This document shows, piece after piece, positions 54,465 through 64,000 of a stretch of 64,000 nucleotides of DNA. Source of the DNA: Epiperipatus broadwayi (taxonomy: Eukaryota > Animalia > Onychophora). The notes beneath the pieces are model-generated. The model searched no databases and was not told the DNA's origin. It saw nothing but the letters and a program-made list of their open reading frames with translations. How positions within the stretch are numbered: position 1 is the first letter of the stretch; each line of letters starts with the position of its first letter. The position numbers and the translations under genes were made by a program. The stretch lies in NCBI GenBank assembly GCA_028023455.1, contig JAQFVV010000005.1:5704001-5768000 (forward strand), read 5' to 3'.

Positions 54465-57290
54465 TATAATCATCATTTTCAACCAATATCAATCTACTAC
54501 AGGATGACAGTCTCTCCAAGTTCAATCCTTCTTCTCTGATCTCTATCCTCTCTTCTCCACATCAATCCATTACACTTCCGTATTTCATCCATCCATCTCA
54601 CATGTGATCTTTTTCTAGGTCTTTTATAATCTCTTGGAATCTCACTTAAGATTTCAACTGCCCATTTATTATCATCTCTTATAGCAATAAGTCCAGCTCT
54701 ATTCCACTTCAGTCTTTTAATTCTTTCAATGATGTCAACAATACCTGTTTGTTCTCTCACCCATGTATTTTGTTTTCAGTCTCTTATTATTATTCCAAAC
54801 ATGCATCTCTCTATACTTCATTGAATAATCTGAAGTCTCTATGTTGCTCTTTTGTTAAGTGTCCAAGTATCAGATCCATATGTAAGAACTGGTAAAACAC
54901 ATATGTTAAAAGCATTCCTTTTCAAACATATAAGCATATTTTCTTTTAATATTAAGTTATTTCTACCAAAAACACTCCAAAAAAGTTTAATTCTTTGATT
55001 AACTTCATATATTGTTTCTTCCATCTGTAGTAATAATTTGACCAAGGTATTTATAGTTGTTAACTTCTTCTAACTCATCATTATCAATCTTTATTTTAAT
55101 ATTTTGAGAAAATGCATTGAACATTATGTTAGTCTTTTTAACATTTTCTTTTAATCCTTCTTTCTTACTTTCATCTGATAACTCTTGCAACATTTCTTGA
55201 AGCTCTAAAGCATTATTTTCAAAAACAGCTACATCATCTGCAAAATCTAGATGATTTAAATAATCTTCATTTACTTTTATTCCATTAGCTTCTTATTTTA
55301 ATTCACAAAATATTTCTTGCAAAACTACTGTAAAAAGTTTTGGAGATATGGAGTCATCCTGTCATACACTTTTCTCAATATTAATGTTCCTAGTATAATT
55401 ATGTAATCTATTTGTTGCTGTTGCATTTTTATAAATATTCTTCAAAATATAAGACCTTGATGATCTAATGCTTAATCACTGAAATAATGTTTATAGAATC
55501 AAATGCCTTTTCAAATCCAAAGCATAATGGCAATTCATATTCAATGGTCCTTTCTATAACTTCTCTCAATACTTGGATGTAATCCACTGTACTAAAACCA
55601 CTTTTAAATCCATCTTGATTTTTTGGTTGGTTAAAATCCAAAATTTTCTACAGACAAGTAGTAATTATTTTGATAAAAATTTTGTATAAAACTCATAAAA
55701 GACTGATAGGTCTGTAATTTCTAATATTTTGTTTATCATCTTTTTTTAACTATTAATATTAGTATTACATTCTTCTAATCATCTGGTACATCTTTATCAT
55801 TTAGACATTAGGATTTATAACTTTGCTAAAAAAATTCTACTTCTTTCCCTGCTTCTCTTAAAATATCAATTATAATTCCATCATTACCTGGAGATTTTTC
55901 CTTCTTCATAAATTTAATTGCTTGTCTCATTTCTTCATTTAAAATCCTGGACAATTCAGAAGATATAGCAGTTGTAGGAGGTACTAATTCTTGATAAAAC
56001 TCTTCTACACATTTCATGATATCATCTCTCTTTTTAAATAATGGTTTTATCTTTTTTTCTTCTTGCAGAAATAAGTTTCTTCCCAATATCAAGATGTTAT
56101 TTTACACTCTTGAGACTTTTATTTTCTTCTATAGCTTTTCTTACTAGTTCATAATTATACTTTCTTATATCATTATCAACTCTTTTTTGCACCACTTAAC
56201 AAAATTTGAGATATTCCATCCTTCTTAGTGAATCATTTTTATATATTTTTATATTCCTACTTTTCTTCATAAATAGTTTTCTCAGAATAAATTTTACTGA
56301 TTAATTGCTGTTTTTTGTACCAACTATCTTTGTTGTAATTTTTAAAAGTGTAACAATTATTTTCCTATTGAATTTGTTCAAATTTGAATTATGTTCAAAA
56401 TCTGTTAATAGTTTACAATGATTCATTGAAATGTTTCTGAAGATTAGGAATGTCAACTGTGAATATTGTTTTTTTTTTTTATAATTTTTATCTCTAGTTT
56501 TACAATAACAATTATCTTACAACTTACTAATCAATGATCATTTCCTGTATTAAACTTATTAAGAACATTACAATCTTGAAATATATATTTTCTGTTAATC
56601 ACAATATAATCCAATTCTGCTGTACTTTTATTTGAATGTTTCCATGTCAATTTGCATTTAACATTTTTCTCAAAAATATAATTCATTTTATAAACTTTTT
56701 TCTGCAAACTCTGCAAGTCTATGTCCTCTCTCATTTTTATCATTATAACCAAATTTTCCTATAGCACTTTTCATCTTTTGTTTACTAATTCTAGCATTAA
56801 AGTATCCCACGACAATTTTAAAATGTTGTTAGGTCTGATCAAAAGCTTTTTGTGCACCCATATAAAAATCCTCCACTTTTTCATCATAATGAGAACTTGT
56901 TGGGGCATAAATCTGAATTATCTGCATTTGATATCTGTTATTAAGTTAAATAACTGATCATGCCACTCTATCCAATACACCATCAATCTCTACAATGTTG
57001 TTCTTCCACTTTTTATTTATAATGAATCCTACTTCACTTGTACATCCAATGTTTGTTCCTTTGTAATACAGAATATGTCCACTTTTTAAATCAATTGTCT
57101 CTTCATCTTTTCTTCTAAGTTCACAAAGTTCAATAATGCCCCATTTAGTAAGTCGTAAGTACCTAAATAAAAAGTCATCATCAAATGGCAGCCTGGGTTC
57201 ACAATCAGGAGATTCTTAGCACCCTCTGCCTTTGATCACACTTCTTCAGCTGATGACTTTACAGCCTCCTGGGAATAAGACCATGATTTA
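54465..57290 (-). mobile_element. Full-length decayed RTE LINE (APE plus RT)
   Basis: GIIELCELR, IQIYAPTS, GYFNARI (APE); EKSPGNDGI, YLDFADDV, NNYKYLGQ, LPVLTYGSDTW, RIKRLKWN (RT and C-terminus); many stops. Confidence 0.9.
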
Positions 57291-59049
57291 TTTTTTGTCT
57301 ATCATGATTATAAATATCTATTAAAATAAAAAAAATTCATTTACACACACATACACTCTGCCTTCAAGAAAACTCAACTGATATTTCAGTTAAGAGCTAT
57401 CAGGCAATTTCTTGATTTTAAACTCAGAGGTAAAAAGTCAAATTCACCACACTTGCTAATGCATATTGGTGAGCAACCCATCCATGTTTATATACGATAT
57501 GAATAATCACATAACAATAACCACTGCAACAAGAAGAACGTATGGAGCGGACATTAGAAATTTGCCTTACTCGGTTCCTTTAAGACTTCCAAGAAAAATC
57601 AGTTATATTTTGAACTTCAAGATTTTTTTCGTATGGTGTTTATATTACTAGTATTATTTATTTACTTGTTTATTGAATAAATAATAATAAAAAAATACAA
57701 TAAATTATTAATTTACTTTTTTTTTTTAATTGGAATGAACCTATTCATTTGCAAGTTGTTTCAGTTGATGAATAAATTAACATGTTTCCCAATTAATAAT
57801 TAGATTATAATTAATAATTGTTCATGATAATATCATTTTAATTTTATAATATACAGCACAGGCTTCAGTGATACAGATATAGTTTTACATTGTCAGAGAA
57901 GTTTAAAAAAAAAAGGTATATTCTAAGCCTATTTCTACAATTTGTGTATTGTACAAATGATCAGAAAACCAAATTGAATGATTTAAAAAATGAAAGATGA
58001 AAAAAATTTAGATTCTGATATGGTGTGTATGAAATGTCAGGAATCTTAAATTCCCGGATGATACCAACAAATAGCATCATCTAGTCTTTTGATTATGTTC
58101 TGAAGTAGTGTGAAGAAAACAGCTCTTATTTTAGAAAACAGTGATTTGGAAAATTAAAACAAAACATGAAACATTAGGATTATATCTTTATATAAAAGAA
58201 TCAAAGGTTGTGGCATGTACAATGGATAATTTTAAATAGATAATAAATGCATAAAATCCATTGACAGTTTTTCTTGTTTGAATTATTGTCCATTAATTGA
58301 TTCAGAAGCCATCATATTCTTTTGCAAATTGATAGAGGAGCAAGACATAATTAAAGCACATTCTATTGTAATACATATTTGGAAAATCTGTTTTGAAAAT
58401 CTGTAACCAGTTAAGTAAGCATCCAGTCAGTTTACAAGATTCTGTGAACAAACCATTGTTACTCAGGAGACCAACCATAGATTAGCAAGGGCAGCTCACT
58501 ATTGAATGACATGATCAATGGTTTATAAATATAAGATGTTAATGTTCTTATTGTATTATAAAAGATATTACTGAGTCCCATTGAAATTAAAACCTATATC
58601 AAATTTAAAATGAGTTCATTTGAAGTAAAAAATTCTAAAGCCTTTCCCAAATATCTGTTTCATGAAGGTTTAAAAGTAGTCTAAGATAAGTTATAAGTCA
58701 CAGGGATGGTTTTGTATGAATCTGAATTATTAAATGAATGGATGATCATTTATAACTTCTATAAACCATGTATTATTACTAGCTAAAGCTCTTCATGTAA
58801 ACGTAATTAATTTTTATATTAAATGACTACATATTTTATTCAATAAAGATTTTATATGTTTATTTAGTTTCTTGATACCTAATATTGATAGTGGACAAAG
58901 TTGCAAATGAAGCTAGGAAAATATATATATATGCAAGGATATTTATTTTTAAAAAAAGTTTAAGCTTTGATATTTCCTGTAATTCTTTATGGATGTAAAA
59001 AAAAAAGGGTGCAGAAGAATCAAAAATATAAAAAATAATAATGTTTGTA

Positions 59050-59270
59050 AACTATAATGATTTGGAGGAAAAGACCCGAGCAAGTGGTTGTTTCATCAGA
59101 TAAAATTTGAAGGTTCACCTGAAAAATACATATCCAAGTTGAAATTATCTTATTTTGGTCATAAAGAAAATTAATAATGGGATAGATGAACTCCATTATT
59201 ATGACAATGAATGTGATAATGGGGAGCCTAATAAATAATATCTGTCTGGAAGAATGCCTTTTTTGTTTTC
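59050..59270 (+). mobile_element. BovB-like RTE 3' remnant
   Basis: SPEKYISKLKLSYFGH (cf. BovB LKLKLQYFGH). Confidence 0.45.
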
Positions 59271-60240
59271 AGAAATCAGCGACTTGGCGACATTGAAAAA
59301 TGTATGCATATAAAAAAATATATTCACGAAATATAAAACATTACAAATGCTGGCAGGGTAATTAAAAATCATATTACGTTACAGCGCTGCAGGTAACGGC
59401 GAGTTTTATGATCTGAGTAAACTATTAGTACATTTTCAAAATTATATTCAATTTGCAGTGCAAACGATCTTTTGACTTACTTGTATTCTTAACACCTCTA
59501 TCAATTAAACATAATTTCTTAATAAATTATAAAAGAATTTACAAGAACGTTAAAAGAGTTTTATAATAATGTAACGTGTCTGAAGCACGGAAATTATGAT
59601 TGTATTTGAATATAAATCACATATCATATTACCACCTACATGATAAATTAGAATAAAATCTACTACTAAATTACTGCTCAAGGCTGAAAAAGAAATGAGT
59701 GATGCGGTCAAAGAAAATGAAAATAACAATGCGATACTGTCTGCATTGTTAAATTAAGTCAGGGTGTAACGTTGACAAGCAAGCAAATGAGACAAAAGTT
59801 TTATTCTATTTGTGAAATAAATAACGATATTTATTTTCTGTTAAAACTGACATTTTAATCATTTAGTTAAAAAAAAAAAAAATTGAGGTGCGTTAACGGT
59901 AGACGACTGAGCCCTTTTTTTTGTCTATAAATATTTTTTAAGATATAAGATTTGAAATTAAAGAGAAATGCATACGCACGCGTGCATACACGCCCAATGG
60001 AGATATAAGTATAAGGTTGAAAAGAAAAGCTACAAAAAGAAAATATTTTTTATATTTAATTACTTGTTACAAATCAATTAATAAATATTCATTATTTTAT
60101 TCTTTATGATATATATTATAGTAATTATGGACAAAAAAAAAAAAAAAAGGAAGATGGACCAAAAAAAAGAATATGACTACATAAACTACGTTTTTCTCAC
60201 ATTTTAGGTTTTACTCTCAGGCGCAACTGTATCATGGCTT
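59270..60240. promoter_or_regulatory. CpG-retaining unique region, possible unmethylated promoter
   Basis: Many CpGs in an otherwise CpG-poor window (e.g. GCATACGCACGCGTGCATACACGC); no TE homology recognised. Confidence 0.3.
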
Positions 60241-60505
60241 TTTTAATCTTATTTTATTTCACATTTAATTTTTTTTAAATTTAGCATTACTTATTTAAAA
60301 CTGTATTGAGATTTTTTTTTGTTCTCTACATTTCAGATTTATTTTATTAGTTCTAATAGTGAAAAAGTACAGGCTCAAAAGCTTAAAGTCCTTGCCTATA
60401 TTGATTCTCAATGGAGTAAAGCAAAAAAAATCTTTCAGCCACTTACAATGGAACTGTTAATTGTACCTGGTATTTTGATACTCGAACATCACATGATTTC
60501 CTAAG

Positions 60506-61142
60506 TGTTGTGTTTGGTCTGGATTACAGACCCAACCAACAGTAAATAATGTAAAATAATACTGAAACAAGTATTACAATTAATATATTTATTATGTACA
60601 AATATATACAATACAATATATACAAATGAATATTTATTTACAAGTTGAATCTTGGAGTTTAACGTAACTCTCGGTTCTGCCTGCCGCTTCCAGCCACACC
60701 TGATGGCTTGCCTCACAGGTAGGGTCTATGACTCTTCCAGCTGTGCAAGACAGCTTGCCTCGATCTGCGAGTGATCGTAGCACCGTCCGGTCTCTGTGGG
60801 ACTTGCCTAGCTGTGTAGATCTAAATAGCGTAATGCTATCAATGGGAATACTTGCTGCTGTTTAGGTTAGCAGAGTTTCCCCGGGAGAACGCAAAGAGTC
60901 TGTTCAGGTTAGACACGCACTTCCTTGATCCTTTCAAAAGGTTGACTATTTATACCCAGATCCCTGACCTTATTGAAAACCTTTGGATTCAGCAAGCATT
61001 GTTGCTTATTGGCCTGTAATAATCATTGGCTATGTTGTTATCTATACATCAGCCTATTGGCCTGTGGCAAACAATGCTTAATCCGATCAGATAAGGAGGC
61101 ATCTGGAATAGCCCACTTCTGAGAGAAGGGAGGACTCTAACA
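60506..61142 (-). repeat. 3' LTR (637 bp)
   Basis: Direct repeat of 62178-62796, about 36 substitutions and 2 indels by hand count. Confidence 0.95.
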
Positions 61143-61153
61143 TCCCTCCCCCT
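61143..61153 (-). promoter_or_regulatory. Polypurine tract
   Basis: AGGGGGAGGGA directly before the TG of the 3' LTR. Confidence 0.85.
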
Positions 61154-61155
61154 GG

Positions 61156-62283
61156 TTAAAATTTACCATAGAGAACATAGTCATGCAGGTGTGCTGGAGG
61201 ACGACTAAAGCGCTTTGGTGCTGGTTCTGGTTTGCTGTTGTCTTCAGTTTGTTGGTCCTCCTTGCTTGTATCTTTGGTTTGTTGGTTCTCCTTGCTTGTA
61301 CTGCAAGTCTCTGGAGCTTCATTCCTTGTGGCCGCATCAGTATAATCCAGTTGCAGTTGATCTCGATGGCGATGATGTTGACTTCCATCTGCTGTTTCCA
61401 CTAAAATGGTGTGAAGTCCTTTTTGTTGGATTACGACTGCTGGGATCCATTTAACAGATCCGCTATACATTCTGCATATAACATTAGTCCCTATTTGAAA
61501 TTTGGTAGTTTTGTCCTTTTCTTGTTTTTCATCATTTGGCTCAGGTATCAGAGCTGACAAGTTGGTTCGCAAAGTTCTATTACACAGTAGTTCAGCTGGA
61601 GTTTTTCCCATTGCAGTACTCAGTGTAGAGTGTTGAGATAATAACATTCTGGCAATACGGATGTTCCAGCTCCCCATATCGATCTTTGTGAGTAATTTTT
61701 CGGTCTCTTGCACCAATCTCTCAGCCTGGCCATTGCTTTCAGAGTGAAATGGTGGGCTGAAGACTAGCTCAATGCCATTATTGTCACAAAACTTTTTAAA
61801 GGCTACTGCAGTGAATGCTGTGCCATTATCTGAGACTATCATTCTAGGAAGACCATGTGTAGCAAATAGCCTTCTAAGAGCTTCTATTGTTGCAGTGGTC
61901 TGGAGTGATGAAACTTCCACTACCTTCAGCCACTTAGAATATGAATCAACTACTACTAATAGTAGTTTGCCTTTCCATGGGCCAGCATGGTCCATATGGA
62001 GTCTCATCCAGGGGCCTTCAGGTTTAGGCCAATGAACTGTTTTATCTTTTGCTGGCATGTTTTGATTCATTATGCAATGCCAGCAACGGTGGACTTTAGA
62101 CTTAATCTCTGTGTCCAAAGTTGGCCACCATACATATGCCCTTGCGAGCATCTTCATCCTGTCGATTGCGCCAAAGCTGCTGTGTTTGTCCAACCAACAG
62201 TAAATAATGTAAAATAATACTGAAACCAGTATTACAATTAATATATTTATTATGTACAAATATATACAATACAATATATACAA
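61156..62283 (-). CDS. Retroviral-type DDE integrase (K02A2.6-like); the first ~42 codons are LTR/PBS read-through and integrase homology starts at ~62157
   Basis: RMKMLARAYVWWP..C..C, HMDHAGP (D), IVSDNGTAF (D), SNGQAER (E); no stops or frameshifts. Confidence 0.85.
   Translation of the reverse strand: MYILYCIYLYIINILIVILVSVLFYIIYCWLDKHSSFGAIDRMKMLARAYVWWPTLDTEIKSKVHRCWHCIMNQNMPAKDKTVHWPKPEGPWMRLHMDHAGPWKGKLLLVVVDSYSKWLKVVEVSSLQTTATIEALRRLFATHGLPRMIVSDNGTAFTAVAFKKFCDNNGIELVFSPPFHSESNGQAERLVQETEKLLTKIDMGSWNIRIARMLLSQHSTLSTAMGKTPAELLCNRTLRTNLSALIPEPNDEKQEKDKTTKFQIGTNVICRMYSGSVKWIPAVVIQQKGLHTILVETADGSQHHRHRDQLQLDYTDAATRNEAPETCSTSKENQQTKDTSKEDQQTEDNSKPEPAPKRFSRPPAHLHDYVLYGKF
62156..62173 (-). 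promoter_or_regulatory. Primer-binding site, tRNA-Ser-like
   Basis: TGGCGCAATCGACAGGAT 4 nt after the 5' LTR; resembles the complement of a metazoan tRNA-Ser 3' end (TGGCGCAGTCGGTAGGAT), recalled from memory. Confidence 0.7.
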
Positions 62284-62796
62284 ATGAATATTTACAAGTT
62301 GAATCTTGGAGTTTAACGTAACTCTGGGTTCTTCCTACTGCTTCCAGCCACTCCTGATGGCTTGCCTCATGGGTAGGGTCTATGACTCTTCCAGCTGTGC
62401 AAGACAGCTTGACTCAAGCTGCAAGTGATCTTAGCAGCATCTGGTCTCTGTGGGAATTGCCTAGCTGCATAGATCTAAATAGCATAGTGCTATCAATGGG
62501 AATACTTGCTGCTGTTTAAGTTAGCAGAGTTTCCCTGGGAGAATGCAAAGAGTCTGTTCAGGTTAGACACACTCTTCCTTGATCCTCACAAAAGACTGAC
62601 TATTTATACCCAGATCCCTGACCTTATTAAAAACCTTTGGATTCAGCAAGCATTGTTGCTTATTGGCCTGTAATAATCATTGGCTATGCTGTTATCTATA
62701 CATCAGCCTATTGGCCTGTGGCAAACAATGCTTAATCCGATCAGCTAAGGAGGCATCTGGAATAGTCCACTTCTGAGAGAAGGGAGGACTATAACA
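62178..62796 (-). repeat. 5' LTR (619 bp)
   Basis: Direct repeat of 60506-61142. Confidence 0.95.
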
Positions 62797-63154
62797 CTAA
62801 GCAACTAAGTATAAGCTAGTAATTAAAACATACATATCCATACACCTTTTAAAAATGAATACTAGAATGCCTGTATAAATTAAATAGATACACTGTTATT
62901 TGACCAAAAAATGCATTAAAATTCAGTTTTGAGAATAATCCTCAAAATTTTTTAACCATAGCTGCTACTAGAGAAAGGGTCACCTTTCATTAAAGAAGTT
63001 AGTGGCTATGTTTGTTTACCAGTCTCATCTTTGTATTTTGCCAGAGACAAATTATGCACCATTATTAAAACACTGTTCCAGAGACATTTGGAAAAAACAA
63101 ACAATATACATATTTAAATCAATAAAAATATATAAATAGAAAGCCAAATAAATC

Positions 63155-63465
63155 AAAAGATAGATGAGAGCAGAAATAGATAATGGTAGATTAATAGATA
63201 GATTGATAGATGAATGACATAAATAAATGGTTTATAGTCTGATGGATAAATAAATAGATAAATTGATAGCTGAAAGAATATATAGATGAATGGATAGTTG
63301 AATAGATTGATGTATGAATAGAAAAAAATGGATAGTAGGATAGGAATGGATTAACTGATAGAATGTCAGATAATAAAATAGACAAATAGATAAGCAGATA
63401 GATAAATACATAGATAGGAAGGTAAGCAAATAAATAGATTGAATGAATGGATAGGTAGTCAGATA
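63155..63465 (+). repeat. Degenerate (TAGA/TGAA)n microsatellite
   Basis: Read directly. Confidence 0.85.
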
Positions 63466-63604
63466 AATGTCATTAAATTAAGAAGTTTTTGAATCTTGAA
63501 AATATTTATCATATGTAAACCTAAGCCATTTTGAGATAAAGGGCACTGGAGTTGTCTGAGTGAAATAAAAGTCATACATCTTCCACATAGTAATTTTCTT
63601 TACA

Positions 63605-64000
63605 AAGAATATACATTAACGAATAATATTTCTGTAATATAATTTTCACTACACCACTCTCATGCAAGATAGGAACTGGTTTCTATCAACATTTACCACC
63701 TCGTAGAGAGATATAATAATTAAACATATGATCAAAGATATATAACAAAAATCTACGATCCCCAAGATACACATTTCATGCTGAAAACCAGAATTCATCA
63801 GTTTGCCCAGCATTATCAGTGATCATAGATCTTTTTCATGTCTTCAGTCATATGTTTAATTATTACATCCTGCCATAAGGTGTTAAAAGCAAATAGAAAA
63901 CAGTTTCTATCTTGCATGAGAGTGATGTAGTGAAAATTAACACTACAGAAATATTATTCATTATTTGATAATTTTTAGTCTAATGAATGATTAATAAAAA
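63605..64000. mobile_element. Family C HHR-element fold-back (HHR 63762-63805, -)
   Basis: ~63620-63740 inverted to ~63830-63960; minus strand CTGATGA ATTCT-GGTTTTC-AGCAT GAAA TGTGTA TC TTGG. Confidence 0.75.

Larger units (their letters stand above)
60506..62796 (-). mobile_element. Ty3/Gypsy (Mag-like) LTR element, internally deleted (LTR-PBS-integrase-PPT-LTR, 2291 bp)
   Basis: TG..CA termini; 5-bp TSD CTAAG (60501-60505, 62797-62801); two LTRs; PBS and PPT present. Confidence 0.95.

Noticed and set aside
61137-62217. Several + strand and alternate-frame ORFs over the LTR element
   Set aside because: Shadows of the integrase ORF.

Overview
Very AT-rich, CpG-depleted metazoan (probably invertebrate) intergenic or intronic DNA, made up almost entirely of transposable-element remains. 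I could not confidently identify any host protein-coding exon. The one clear host gene is tRNA-Ile(AAT) at 29931-30004 (-). The elements are: several decayed RTE-clade LINEs (including BovB-like ones), CR1-like and L1/Tx1-like scraps, two hAT DNA transposons, one MITE with telomere-like repeats, a tRNA-derived SINE family (4 copies), a Ty3/Gypsy element reduced to LTRs plus an open integrase ORF, and four Penelope-like element (PLE) insertions. The main unexplained signal is about 19 type-I hammerhead ribozyme (HHR) motifs in 64 kb, most with very short, self-complementary stem III. Six of them, at PLE 3' ends, have a non-canonical core AUGANUA+U (A3-U8 instead of C3-G8) with covarying stem II. 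The rest have canonical CUGANGA cores and sit in at least three short non-autonomous, retrozyme-like families. These families repeatedly form fold-back or tandem arrays, and one of them carries a ~930-bp (TCTA)n expansion. All calls come from reading, translating and folding the sequence by hand. No database search was run, and boundaries of old elements are approximate.
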